A stretch of 64,000 nucleotides of DNA from contig CAVSGI010000013.1 in assembly GCA_963727445.1 (NCBI GenBank), positions 416,001 through 480,000 of the forward strand, given 5' to 3'. Below the pieces are notes generated by a model, which saw only the letters and a list, made by a program, of their open reading frames with translations, ran no database searches and was not told the origin of the DNA. A program made the position numbers and the translations under genes. This DNA comes from an uncultured delta proteobacterium (GTDB taxonomy: Bacteria; Myxococcota_A; Polyangia; Polyangiales; B10-G4). Below are positions 52,781-63,289 of this stretch, in pieces (within the stretch, counting starts at the first letter, position 1; each line of letters opens with the position of its first letter).

Positions 52781-53338
52781 TCAGCGGCGTCGTCGCAGGT
52801 ACGTCACGAACGCCCCCAATATCTGACGCACGGCCTCGCGCGTCGGCTCGTCGGTGAGCTTTCCTTCTTCGAAGCGCTCCTGAGCGCGCGCCACCAGGAC
52901 TTCGGGGTAGGGGAAGACCTCGGCCACCATTCCCAGGAGCACCTGCTTGAGCTGGCCCTGGGCCCGAGCCGTGCCGACGGCGCCCCCCGATGCGCCCACG
53001 ATGGCCACGGGCTTGCCCGCGAACACCGAGCGGAAGGCGGGCCGCGAGGCCCAGTCGAGGGCGTTCTTGAGCACGCCAGGGATCCCGTAGTTGTACTCGG
53101 GGGTCGCGATCAGCACCGCGTCCGCTTGTGCGATCTGCTCCTCGAGACGCGCCACCGGGGGTGGCTTCCCGCCTTCGGCCAGGTCGGCGTCGTAGAGCGG
53201 AAGATCGCCGATCTCCGCGACCTCGAAGACGACGCCGGGCGGCATCAGCTCGCGCGCCGCTTCGAGGAGAGCGCGGTTGAACGAAGCGCGCCGAAGGCTT
53301 CCGGCGATACCGAGAATGGTCAGTGGCGTGTCGGACAT
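52781..53338 (-). CDS. NAD(P)H-dependent FMN reductase (ChrR/SsuE family)
   Basis: GSLRRASFN, TPEYNYGIPGVLKNALDW.SR, GTARAQ. Confidence 0.92.
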   Translation of the reverse strand: MSDTPLTILGIAGSLRRASFNRALLEAARELMPPGVVFEVAEIGDLPLYDADLAEGGKPPPVARLEEQIAQADAVLIATPEYNYGIPGVLKNALDWASRPAFRSVFAGKPVAIVGASGGAVGTARAQGQLKQVLLGMVAEVFPYPEVLVARAQERFEEGKLTDEPTREAVRQILGAFVTYLRRRR

Positions 53339-53499
53339 CGACTCGTTTCCTTTCATGGCAGGTCGAAGAAGAGGAGTCGGATCATCAATCACCTCGTAGG
53401 AACAACATCGGACCGGTCGAATCACCGCACAACTGGGCCTTCTTTGCGTCGGCGCCGTGATTCCCATCTCATCGAGACGGGAGTAGATTCGAGGTACCG

Positions 53500-54162
53500 A
53501 TGCCGCCCTCTCACACCCGACTCAGTCCTGGCGCCATCGCCTCGCTGATCTACGAGAGTCTTTCGTCCGTGGTCACCGAGGAGCACGGAATCGCCGTCTT
53601 GAAGGCCGCGATGGGGGACGCGCACCTGAGGAGCGTGCCGCGGGGAGGGGAGGCGCTGCGCGAGCTCGTCGAGGTGCACCTCCTTCGGCGCCTGTCCGAG
53701 GTCGTCGGCGCGGGCGCGGCCCGTTCGGTCGTGGAGCACATCGTCTCCATCCTGCCCACGCAGATCTTCGTGGGCGATGAGGAGCGCATCACCGGTCGGA
53801 GCCGGGACGACCTCGAGGTGGTCATCGTCACGCCGAGCGAGACTGCTTTCTCGCGGATCGCGCGGCGCTTTCCGCCGATGGCGATGCTCGCGCGACAACG
53901 TGGGCGCGGGCCCCTCTCCCCGAACCTCGTCGATCCCATCGTTCTCCTCGATGCCCGAACCATGCGACCGGTGCGCGAGGCGATGGAAGAGCTTCGGGGA
54001 CGTGACGTGATCGTCTGGGGCGCGGAACGCTGGACCGACATCGACGTAGCCCGTGCCCTCGCGCCCGCGCGTTCCATCACGCGCTGCCCGAGCGAGGTCG
54101 AAGCCGAAGAGCTGCCGGTGATCTGTCGCGCCCTCCGCATGCACGTCGCCTCGAACGGCTGA
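53500..54162 (+). CDS. Hypothetical protein
   Basis: 220-aa ORF with codon bias; no motif recognised. Confidence 0.55.
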   Translation: MPPSHTRLSPGAIASLIYESLSSVVTEEHGIAVLKAAMGDAHLRSVPRGGEALRELVEVHLLRRLSEVVGAGAARSVVEHIVSILPTQIFVGDEERITGRSRDDLEVVIVTPSETAFSRIARRFPPMAMLARQRGRGPLSPNLVDPIVLLDARTMRPVREAMEELRGRDVIVWGAERWTDIDVARALAPARSITRCPSEVEAEELPVICRALRMHVASNG

Positions 54163-54241
54163 GGCCACGGATGTCACGGCCGCCGGACGGCGGCATGGCC
54201 GTCCCGCAGCCGGCGCCAACAACGGCGCCCGCTCCGGCAGC

Positions 54242-55216
54242 TCAATCCGCCTCCGGAAACGTCTCCTCGACGAGCGGCCCCAGCTTCGCCTCTTCGTTCT
54301 TTGCGGCGGCTTCGCGAACCGCCGCGGCGAGACGCGGGTCGTAGGCGTGGACGCCGAGAGCGCGGACGGAGGCCTGGGCGTCGTGGGGGCGGCCTTCGGC
54401 GATGGTCGTGAGGAGGAGCGTGCGCGCGAGGTCGCGACGACTCACGCCGAGGGCCGTGTAGAGGACGGCGCGGACGTCGGCGCGAACGGTGTCTGGCAGG
54501 GCGTCGATGAGGATGGCGAGAGCTGCGTCGCGCTCGGACGCGACGACCGCGTGGGCGGCGAGCTCGCGCAGGCTCTCGCTTCGCAGCATGTCCAGGGCGA
54601 CGGGGCGCGCGAGGTCGGGGGCGAGCGTGCAGAGGGCGCGGAGGCACTCCGACACGACCTCGGGATCGTCTTCGCCGGCGGCGAGACGCAACAGGAGGAG
54701 CGAGGCGCCGTCGCGCCGGCCGAGAAACGCGACGGACTGGGCAGCGACGGAGCGCACCTGGGCTTCGGGGTCGGCGAGGAGGCGACCGAGGACTGGCAGG
54801 GCGTCGCTGTACTGAATGCGCGTCAGAGCGAGCGCGGCGCGCCCACGCACGCCGACGGCCGTGTCATCCGGCGGCCCCCACGCCCCTTCGAGCTGCACGT
54901 ACGACGTCGCGGCGACGAAAGGCTCGGGGTCGATGCGTTCGAGATGATCGAGCGCGCTCAGGATCGCGACCTTCGCGTGGCAACCCGGGTCGGTCTTCGT
55001 CGGGTTGTCGAGGAAGCGGGCCCACGCGCCGATGAGCACGCCCTCGAGCTCCGCGATTCGCTCCTCGCGCACCACGTCGGCCGCCCGCGTCGCGACGAGG
55101 GCATGCCCCTCGGCGATGGCTTCGCGCAGCGCCTCGAGCCGCGCGGGCGACGGCTCTTCACCGATGACGGCGTCGAGCGCGTCGAGCTTGCGTTCGAGTC
55201 GACCCTTGCGCGCCAT
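54242..55216 (-). CDS. HEAT/PBS-lyase repeat protein
   Basis: DPGC.AK, DTA..VRG.AALAL, LLAD....VR..AA helical repeats. Confidence 0.75.
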   Translation of the reverse strand: MARKGRLERKLDALDAVIGEEPSPARLEALREAIAEGHALVATRAADVVREERIAELEGVLIGAWARFLDNPTKTDPGCHAKVAILSALDHLERIDPEPFVAATSYVQLEGAWGPPDDTAVGVRGRAALALTRIQYSDALPVLGRLLADPEAQVRSVAAQSVAFLGRRDGASLLLLRLAAGEDDPEVVSECLRALCTLAPDLARPVALDMLRSESLRELAAHAVVASERDAALAILIDALPDTVRADVRAVLYTALGVSRRDLARTLLLTTIAEGRPHDAQASVRALGVHAYDPRLAAAVREAAAKNEEAKLGPLVEETFPEAD

Positions 55217-55323
55217 GGGGCGTGAGGGTAGCTCACCGGGCACTAGCGTCGGCGCGTTCTGCCGACAAGAAAGGGGTTCACTCGTTCGGACGCCCGAGTT
55301 TCCTCGGCCCAAATGCCGATTCG

Positions 55324-55430
55324 CTATCCCCGCCGCAACTGCTTGACCCGCACGCCATTCGCCGAGTCCTCGATCAGCGTCGCCAACCTCCGCCGCCGCG
55401 TCTCCGGGCGGTGAGCGCTTCGCTGCCATG
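55324..55430 (-). pseudogene. C-terminal remnant resembling the YdeI/OmpD-associated family
   Basis: Manual translation RPETRRRRLATLIEDSANGVRVKQLRRG*. Confidence 0.45.
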
Positions 55431-55452
55431 GCCTCAGGCTAGATCAGACCCC

Positions 55453-55993
55453 TCAGATGTACGACGAGCACGCCCCGTAGTTGGTGTCATTCACGCAGAG
55501 GCACAACGCCAGGCCGGTGAGCCCATCGCAGCTGCTCGAGGACGAGGACGAAGAGGACGAAGAGGACGACGAGGACGAGGACGAGCCTCCCCTCGGCGCC
55601 GCCGGAATCCGACCACGCTTCGCAGTCGTCCGTGTACGTACACGCCGCTGGCAGCCAGGAACAGCCCGTGGTGCTCTCGCAGGCCGACTCCCCGCGCTGG
55701 TCTTCGCATGGGACGGCGCCGCTCTCGTCCGCCTCGCACACACCCTCCTCGAAGGTCGACTCGCCGGCGTCGCATTCGATGTCGACGGGCCACGCCTCCT
55801 CCGCGTCCATGCAGACGACGCCCACGCCGTCCAGACACGCCTGCACCCCGCACGGAAGGTCGTAGAGCATGGCGCCCGACTCGACGACGCAGCGACACTC
55901 GGGCTCGAAGCCCCGCGTGTCGGCCACGCAGCCGAAGAGGCTCAGGGCGAGGAAGAAGAGGACGAACGAACGCGTGACAGTGCTCTGGCTCAT
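55453..55993 (-). CDS. Cys-rich lipoprotein with poly-Ser tract (frameshift near 55590)
   Basis: LFGC lipobox; tail SSSS..CDGLTGLALCLC..C in another frame. Confidence 0.65.
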
Positions 55994-56171
55994 GGGGCTC
56001 CTCCGAACGAGATGCGCCCTTATCGGGGCGGGGCGCAGCGAGTTGCGTCCCTTCGGAAGAAAAAGTGGGGCCTGCAATCCTCGACAAGGGCGCAATGATT
56101 GGCGCCGATCGGCCGCTTTACCCGTCGCGCTCTTCATGTTCAGATCCCGCCACGCTGAACGGAGACCCTGG

Positions 56172-57107
56172 ATGCTTCGCCTCTTTCTTCTCGCCACGAT
56201 CGCCCTGTGCCTACTACCCGCCTGTCCGGACACCGAGCCCGTCTGTGACCCCGGCTACATGCTCGTCGATGATGGGACGCGTTGTGTCGCCATCGACTCA
56301 GGTGCCGGCGACGCCGGCGACGCCGGCGATGCGAGCGATGGGGATGTGGACGCCGCCGACACGGCTGTCGACGCCGGACCGTGCGGGATGCCCTGCGAGG
56401 GAACCACGCCGTTCTGCAACGAGACGCTCATGACATGCGTCCAGTGCTTGATGGACTCGGACTGCACGGATCCCGGCGCCGCCAAGTGCGGCAGCGATGG
56501 AATGTGCACGAGCTGCGATGACAGCGCGCAGTGTGGAGGCATCGGCGGCACCGACATCTGCGAGACATCTGGCCCGTTGACGGGAATGTGCGTGGAGTGC
56601 AGCGAAGCGACTGAAGCCGCCGACTGCGCTGGCTTCGCCTGCGACTGGCGCGATGGGACCTGCAGCACGGTCATGCGAATGGCGGACGCGTGCGACGACT
56701 GCACGACGGACCTGGATTGCCTGAACGGTCGACGATGCGTAGACCACATCTTCATGGGAAGCAGCGTCGGTACGTTCTGCTTCTTTGACAGCGCAGACGG
56801 TGGATGCGGCGACACAGACATGGCGCGGCGGCCCTACTCGCACTTCGTCAGTGCTGACCAGCATTGACGGGTGGATGACGGACTACTGCATGCCGCCGAG
56901 TCGACGACGTGCGCCGGTATCGCCGATACCGCATCGTGGCCTGCACCCCGTGCACGGTGGCCACAGACTGTGGCGTCAGCGGGCGTCGACGACGGCTACT
57001 GCCCTACCGCTGGAGCGGGCGCCAATCAGTGTTCATACGCATGCGTAACAGCGCGTGATTGTCGCAGCGGCGACTGCGGAGGCGCTCCCGCATACTGCCG
57101 TCCGTGA
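56172..57107 (+). CDS. Cys-rich myxobacterial lipoprotein (frameshifts near 56860-56900)
   Basis: LPAC lipobox, DAG linker, CVQC..DSDC repeats. Confidence 0.7.
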
Positions 57108-57439
57108 CCCTAATCTGCGTGCCACAATCGGCGGCCGGCTAACCTCCTCCCTGCTGACCGCTTCACCGTCGCCTTCCAGCTCCCAAAACTACCGCTGCCC
57201 ATCCGCGGTCTTCGCCGCGCGCAGCTCTTCGCTGGCCGGAGAACGACGACGCCCGGCTCCTGCGGCAAGCTCGCCATCGTTCGATCCGCCAGCAAGACCG
57301 AGCTCGACAAGCTCCTCGGCGAAGGCCTCGCCGCCGAACGCCATCGTCATCGTGTCCCTCCACGGACAGAGCGCGTCCGGCGCTTCGCCGCACGATTGGT
57401 AATACCACGTGGTCGCACATCCGGACGCGAACGCATTCG

Positions 57440-58282
57440 TCACCCGACATCCGCCAGCCCGCCTTCGCCCTCTCCTCCCGGCGCCCACCGCGGCCACCCC
57501 TCGAGCCGCTCCGCGATCTCCGCCCACCCCTCGAAGCTCTCCTCGCGAAGCACGCGCCGAATCTCCGCGACGTACTTCGCGAGCCGCGCCGCCTCGAGCT
57601 GCCCGCAGTGCACCGCGTACACCAGGTAGAGGAGCAGCGTCTCGAGCACGTCCATCTTGCAGTACTCGCGCACGACCGCCTCCTCGCCGCGCAGCACGTG
57701 CTCCCAGATCGCCTCGGTCAAAAAGCTCTTCCCCGGCAACCCCATCAGCGGCGAGAGCAGCCCGAGCCCCACCCACTTCGACGCGCCGTACCCGCTCAGC
57801 ACGTCCATCAGGTCGACGTGCATGTCGTGATAGCGGTTCTGGTAGTTGTTCCACTTGAACTCGCCGTCCTTGCGGTAGAGCGGCCCCGCCGAGATGCCGT
57901 GCATCATCGACCGATAGCGAATCACCGGCAGGTCGTACCCGCCGCCATTCCACGACACGATCCGCGGCGAGCGCCGCCCCTCGAAGAGCCGCACGAAAGC
58001 CTCGAGATGGCTCCGCTCGTCCATCGCCCGTTCCCCTTGGCCCCCACACGTCCCCAGCTTGAAGCGCCCGCTCTCGGGATCGAGCCACGCGACGCCGATC
58101 GTCACCACCCGGTGATGCGGCTGCTCCGGATACTCGCTCTTCCCGTCGGTCTCCTCGAGCCGCCGCGCCACCATCGCGCGCACGACCGTCTCGTCATCGC
58201 CTGTGAGCCCCCAGAGGCGGCGGCCGACCTCGGGGTCGGGAATGGTCTCGATATCGAAGGCGGCGATGGGTCGGTCGAACAT
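57440..58282 (-). CDS. PolB-like 3'-5' exonuclease (DEDDy)
   Basis: FDIETIPD, VSWNG.GYDLPV, HVDLMD.L, YC..DV. Confidence 0.9.
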   Translation of the reverse strand: MFDRPIAAFDIETIPDPEVGRRLWGLTGDDETVVRAMVARRLEETDGKSEYPEQPHHRVVTIGVAWLDPESGRFKLGTCGGQGERAMDERSHLEAFVRLFEGRRSPRIVSWNGGGYDLPVIRYRSMMHGISAGPLYRKDGEFKWNNYQNRYHDMHVDLMDVLSGYGASKWVGLGLLSPLMGLPGKSFLTEAIWEHVLRGEEAVVREYCKMDVLETLLLYLVYAVHCGQLEAARLAKYVAEIRRVLREESFEGWAEIAERLEGWPRWAPGGEGEGGLADVG

Positions 58283-58391
58283 CTCCCTTGCATAGACGGG
58301 CCGCTCGGACAGCGTTCTGACAGGAGAGACGAACTCTCGCGAAATTTCCCCGAAGCTGTCAGTTCCCCGGCCGCCGACCCGTCCATCCTGC

Positions 58392-58709
58392 GTGGGCCAC
58401 GTCATCGATCTCGCCGACCGCCGCGAACGCCTCGAAGCGCGCCGCACCGCCCGGGCCGACGCTGTCGAAGCCCTGGAGCAGCTCAGCGAGCGCCTCTTCA
58501 CCGCCGCTTTCAACCTCGCCGTCGCCGACGCCTGGCGCGCGTGGGACGAAGCCACCCCGGACGGCACCGTCGTCGAGCTCGACCCCGAGGCGCTCCTCGA
58601 ATGCGCCGACCCCGAGGTCCGGGCCCTCGCGCGCCTCTGGGTCGCAGCTCAGGAGACGCTCGAAGCGCTCGAGCCCGAGCGCATTGCCGATGCGAAGGAC
58701 GGTTCCTGA
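58392..58709 (+). CDS. Hypothetical helical protein
   Basis: 105-aa ORF starting GHVIDLADRR. Confidence 0.55.
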   Translation: MGHVIDLADRRERLEARRTARADAVEALEQLSERLFTAAFNLAVADAWRAWDEATPDGTVVELDPEALLECADPEVRALARLWVAAQETLEALEPERIADAKDGS

Positions 58710-58774
58710 ACAGGCCGCTCGAGCGGTTCACACATTCGGACGCCCTAGTTTCGTCGGCCCAAACGGCCGCCCCG

Positions 58775-59301
58775 TCAGTCGAACACCTCGTCGAGTGTCC
58801 CCGCCGTCAGCACCCGCGCCGTCCACGTGTCGAGCTCCGCGGTCGTCGCGGCGACAAGGCGCTGGCGTGTCTCTTCCGAGACCTCCCCGAACTTGAGCGT
58901 CAGCAGTTTGAGAAGCACTTTCCGCTCGCCCACCAGCTCGCCTTCCGCGTGCAAGCGCTCGACCTCCGCCTCGTACCACTCCTTCGATCTCATCGTCTCG
59001 ACCTCCGCCCCGCGTCTTCGGTAGTCCTCCCAGAACCGCAAGCTCGGTCCCCGCAGGCGCTGATACCCCGCTGAATTGTCCGCCAGCTCCTTCAGCTCCG
59101 CAAGCGCCCCGTCCACCGTCGACTCGCCCATCAAGCGCAGCCACAAGGTCTCCGGCGTCGCCGGAAGCGCCCCTCGGGCCACACGAAGAGATCCGCCCGC
59201 TGCGGCGCCGTCCGCACCTCGGACTCCGCCTCGACTCGCGCCCCGCGCAGCTCCGAGAGCGCTTCGATGATCGACTTGCCGAAGTCCTCGTGGTCGCCCA
59301 C
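58775..59301 (-). pseudogene. Rpn-like / DUF4351 protein with internal deletion
   Basis: N-terminal HEDFGK..VEAESEV..PQRADLF joined out of frame to LP.TPETLWLRL and L.LKFG..LD.W..RVL.A.TLDEVF. Confidence 0.65.
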
Positions 59302-59612
59302 GCCTCAGCGGCGTTGCAGCGCACGCGCCAGGAACCGCGCGCGCAATTTCGCGCACTTGCTCGCGCGACGTGGCGGACCCGCCGCCGATTCGCCGGCGGC
59401 CGCCGAATAGCGAGGAGCTCGACACCCCAACTGGTAGTACCAGGTGGTCACACTTCCGGACGACTTCACGTCCTGGAAGGGCGCGGGCTGGGCCCCGCGC
59501 GCCACGCGTCGTCTACACGAACAACGGACGAAACCCGGACACGACGATGTTGCCGGTGCCGGAGTTGCCGTCGTTGTAAGCGGCGCGGGTGGACTGACAA
59601 TCCCGGCCCCCG

Positions 59613-60116
59613 TCACGAGCCATCATTTCCAGGCGTCAGTCGACGGAGAGCGTCGCCCCGAGGAATCACGATCCACCCCTCTTCGCTCGCGGCATCAGTC
59701 GCACCGTCCGGGATCGCCTCCGTCAATCCCCGCCTCGCGGCAGCAGCGATGAGCCCCGCGACAACTGCGTCCAGGTCGTCCGAGCTCTTGTGAATGTGAC
59801 CGAGCTGCTTGTCATCGCCGAGCTGAAGCCATGGCGCCTGCTCTGTGAGCTGCGTCCAGATCTGCTTTCGCGCGTCCAGCTGCTCCGGCTTCTTGTAGCC
59901 CGTGCTCCGCATCCCCCAAAGATGAAGGCCGAGCGCCGGATAGGTCTCGAACACGCCTCCGTCGCCGCTGCGGTCCTCGACGCCCAGCCGCGCGAGAATC
60001 CCCTGACACCTCAGAGCCGGCAGCCCGATTCGATCAGTCGACACGCTCAGTGGCCACAAGCCACCCGACTCAGAACGGCCACCCCGCCGAAGATGACCGA
60101 CGCCGTGAGCACCCAA
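59613..60116 (-). pseudogene. DUF429-like (RNase H-fold) protein lacking its N-terminus
   Basis: PLSVSTDRIG, ETYPA, DDLDAVVA, EEGWIVIP. Confidence 0.6.
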
Positions 60117-60283
60117 CTGAAGTACTTCGTCAGGCCCGCGAATGCTCGGTCGCCATCTGCCATCGCTCCCCCCCCCGATACGTCATCATAGCAATCCGCG
60201 CATGAAGCTCACCGGCAACGGCGAAGTTCGGCACGCACGAGTGATGGTCGGCTAGAACCCACGCTATCCTCCGCTCCACCCCC

Positions 60284-60688
60284 GTGCCCTGCCCCTTCTG
60301 CGATCCCCCGCCCAACGAGCGCCTGGTCCTCCACGAGGATGAGCTCGTCGTCGCCTTCTTCGATGGCTACCCGGTCTCCGTCGGCCACGCGCTCATCGTC
60401 CCGCGCCGTCACGTCGCGTCGTTCTTCGACGCGACCCCCGAAGAGCAGCGCGCCCTCATCGCAGCCGTCCCTCATGTAAAGCGCGTCCTCCACGAAAAGC
60501 TCTCGCCCAAGCCCGACGCCTACAACGTCGGCTGGAACGACGGTGCCGCCGCGGGGCAGACGGTCATGCACCTCCACCTCCACGTCATCCCGCGCTACGA
60601 GGGCGACGTCCCCGACCCGCGCGGCGGCATTCGCTGGGTCATCCCCGAACGCGCCGCGTACTGGACAGACGAAGATGGCGACGCCTGA
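60284..60688 (+). CDS. HIT-family nucleotide hydrolase
   Basis: CPFC, D.YPVS.GH.LI.PRRH, AGQTVMHLHLHVIPRY.GD. Confidence 0.95.
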   Translation: MPCPFCDPPPNERLVLHEDELVVAFFDGYPVSVGHALIVPRRHVASFFDATPEEQRALIAAVPHVKRVLHEKLSPKPDAYNVGWNDGAAAGQTVMHLHLHVIPRYEGDVPDPRGGIRWVIPERAAYWTDEDGDA

Positions 60689-61790
60689 GCCCGACCGCGG
60701 CGCCATCGGCTTCGCCGAGAAGCTCCTCATGCTCCTCGACGAGGGCCACTTCACCGCGACCTACAAGTACGCCGTGCTCCTCGCCCTGATGGACCTCTGC
60801 CTCGAGCGCTCGACGAAGCACGGCTTCGCGCCCGACTCGGTCACAACCACCCAGCTCGCGCAGAAGGTCCTCGCGCTCTACTGGCCGCACGCCGTCCCCT
60901 TCGACATGGAGCAGGACCGCATCCTCTTCCAGAACCAGCCCTTCAAGAACCGCTCGGGAGGCCAGGCCGCCATCGTCAGCTCCATCGTGTCGTTCCGCGA
61001 AAAGCACGCGCCCAATCCGTCGGCCACGCTCACGCGCGCGCGCCAGGCCCAGCCGAAGAAGCTCGACAAGCTCGAGCGCGACATCGAGTGGAAGCTCGTC
61101 GAGATGCCGCTGCCGCGCCTGCAGCTGATCGGCGACACCGACGTCCCCTTCATCTATCGCATCAACTGGGACCGCGCGATTACCAAGAAGACGTTCCGCG
61201 ACGCCCGCCGCTTCGACAACAACATCCGCTTCGTCGGCCAGGCGAGCGAGTACCTCGTCCAGCTCTCGGGCCTGCTCCGCCCCCTCATCCAGCGCCAGTG
61301 GGCCGCCATGGTCGCGCGCTTCAACGATGACATCGTCCAGGACGCCCAGCTCGAGCGCTTCCTCTTCGGCGTCGATCGCATCCCCCTCACGCCGGTGCGC
61401 GACGGCCTGCGAGACCTCCAGTCCGGCCGCTGCTTCTACTGCCAGTCGCGCATGCGCGACAAGGTCGAGGTCGACCACTTCATCCCCTGGGCGCGCTATC
61501 CCAACAACGCCATCGACAACCTCGTCCTCGCCCACGGGGACTGCAACCAGAGCAAGGGCGACCACCTCGCAGCCGCCGACCACCTCCGCCGATGGTCTGA
61601 GCGGCTCAGCGACCGACGCACCGAGCTCCATCGAATCGCCACCGACGCAAGATGGGAGAAGGCCCCCGAGCGCAGCATGGGCGTCGCCCGCGCCATCTAT
61701 CTGCGCCTGCCGAGCGGTGTGCGTCTGTGGCGCGCGAAGTCGGAGTTTGGGGCGCTGGAGCGGCGCAAGATCGAGCGGGCTTTGGCGTGA
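60675..61790 (+). CDS. HNH endonuclease with large N-terminal domain
   Basis: TATYKYAVL.AL; Q.GRCFYC, VDHFIPW, NLVLAH..CN..K. Confidence 0.9.
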   Translation: MATPEPDRGAIGFAEKLLMLLDEGHFTATYKYAVLLALMDLCLERSTKHGFAPDSVTTTQLAQKVLALYWPHAVPFDMEQDRILFQNQPFKNRSGGQAAIVSSIVSFREKHAPNPSATLTRARQAQPKKLDKLERDIEWKLVEMPLPRLQLIGDTDVPFIYRINWDRAITKKTFRDARRFDNNIRFVGQASEYLVQLSGLLRPLIQRQWAAMVARFNDDIVQDAQLERFLFGVDRIPLTPVRDGLRDLQSGRCFYCQSRMRDKVEVDHFIPWARYPNNAIDNLVLAHGDCNQSKGDHLAAADHLRRWSERLSDRRTELHRIATDARWEKAPERSMGVARAIYLRLPSGVRLWRAKSEFGALERRKIERALA

Positions 61791-62635
61791 AGATCAGCAC
61801 CGTCACGACCACGAACCGCACCCTTCTCAAAGCGGTGCGCGATACCCTCGCCTCCGGCGACGACCTCCTCCTCTGCGTCGCTTTCGCCCACGCTCGTGGT
61901 GTCGAGCTCATCAGGAAGGAGCTCGAACTCGCCGCGAAGAAGCGCGCGCCGCGCCTCCTCGTCACGACCGTCTTCGGCGACTCGAACGCGACCGACGCCG
62001 CCCTCGGCAGCGCCACAGACGCGGGCGCCGAGGTGCGCATCCTCAACGCCCCGGGCGGCACCTATCACCCCAAGGTCTACCTCTCCCGCAATGCTCGCAG
62101 CGCGGCCGCCGTCATCGGCTCCGCCAACCTCACCGCCGGTCTCCACGTCAACGTCGAGGCGGCCACGCACCTCCGCGGCGCACGCAACGACGCCGCGCTC
62201 CGAGACGCCTGGCAGTGGGCGGAAGAGATGTGGGATCACCCGCAAGCGACTCCCTTCGACCTGGCGGCCGGCCCGCGCCCCACCGAGAGCATCGACCCCG
62301 AGCTCCTCCGCCAGCTCACACGCGCGGTGAAGAGCGACCCAGTCTTCTACACGCTCGGCAAGCAAGCCCCGAATCGCGTCGCCGAAGTCACCGCCCACGG
62401 TCTCTTCGTCGAGACGAAGCGGAGCAAGTCCCAGAAGGCCCAGCCGAAGATGATCCCTCCCTGGATGCTCAACATCGCGTGGGAGACGCTCAGGGCTCGC
62501 GGGGAGATCACGAACAAGGAGCTCCTCGGCGACCTACGCGTCCACCGCTCGAGCGCGGTACTCGCTATTCTTCGTCGGCTCCCGGGTGTTGAGAAGCTGC
62601 CTGGCCGGGCGGTGGGTCTTCGGCTGAAGGGGTGA
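61787..62635 (+). CDS. PLD-family (single HxK) nuclease with C-terminal putative DNA-recognition domain
   Basis: CVAF, YHPKVYL, IGSANLT..GL..NVE; GTGA overlap with HNH stop. Confidence 0.85.
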   Translation: MKISTVTTTNRTLLKAVRDTLASGDDLLLCVAFAHARGVELIRKELELAAKKRAPRLLVTTVFGDSNATDAALGSATDAGAEVRILNAPGGTYHPKVYLSRNARSAAAVIGSANLTAGLHVNVEAATHLRGARNDAALRDAWQWAEEMWDHPQATPFDLAAGPRPTESIDPELLRQLTRAVKSDPVFYTLGKQAPNRVAEVTAHGLFVETKRSKSQKAQPKMIPPWMLNIAWETLRARGEITNKELLGDLRVHRSSAVLAILRRLPGVEKLPGRAVGLRLKG

Positions 62636-62862
62636 CTTCACTCCGCCGAAGCGCGCTCGATCAGCATTCACGGCGCGAAAGTGAGCTTGTCGGACAAGCG
62701 CGCGGAGTTGTCGCGGACGCGGGTCAGGGGCGCTTCTCCACCGAGAACCGAATCGTCGCCTCGCGACACAACTCGCGGGCGGAGGTCTCGATAAGGCCCC
62801 CGAGGCCAAAGGCGTGTCGACCCGATGGAGCGGGGCGGCGCGGCGGCGGTCCTGCTGCTATC

Positions 62863-63093
62863 ATGCCCCTCGTGAACACCCGAGAAGCCATCCACGCGCT
62901 GGTCGACGAGCTCGACGACGCGGACCTCGAGCGCGCCAAGCACGCGCTCGAGGCGATGGTCCTCGTCGATGTCACGGACGCCGAGCTGAAGGAGCTCGAC
63001 GAACGGGTGGCAGAGTGCAGGCGCGGCGAGGTCGTCGACGCCCGTGAGTTCATGGCGCAGCTCCGCGGAGCTACGCCCGATTCCGTCGGTTGA
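62863..63093 (+). CDS. Putative type II antitoxin (addiction-module type)
   Basis: REAIHALVDEL, acidic, E..RGEVVDAREF..L; followed by ParE-like start. Confidence 0.65.
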   Translation: MPLVNTREAIHALVDELDDADLERAKHALEAMVLVDVTDAELKELDERVAECRRGEVVDAREFMAQLRGATPDSVG

Positions 63094-63180
63094 TTACTCC
63101 CGCCGGGCGACACGCGACATCCTGCGCGGTCGGCGGTGGTGGCGACAGAACCGCGACAAGGCGCCCGACGCCCAGGAGCA
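63074..63180 (+). pseudogene. Truncated RelE/ParE-like toxin
   Basis: VDYSRRATRDI...RRWWRQNRDKAP, after which resemblance is lost. Confidence 0.5.
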
Positions 63181-63289
63181 TCCTGACCCGGCTGCGTCAT
63201 CATCATGCCGAACGCTCCGCCGAGTCGCTGCTAGTCTCCCCGCCGGGGTGACGTCGGCCTCTCAATGACATGCGGTAGTCTCCCCACCC

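Noticed and set aside
55275..59462. Integron attC sites or Xer/dif modules
   Set aside because: No RYYYAAC...GTTRRRY ends, no XerC/D arms and no integrase in the window
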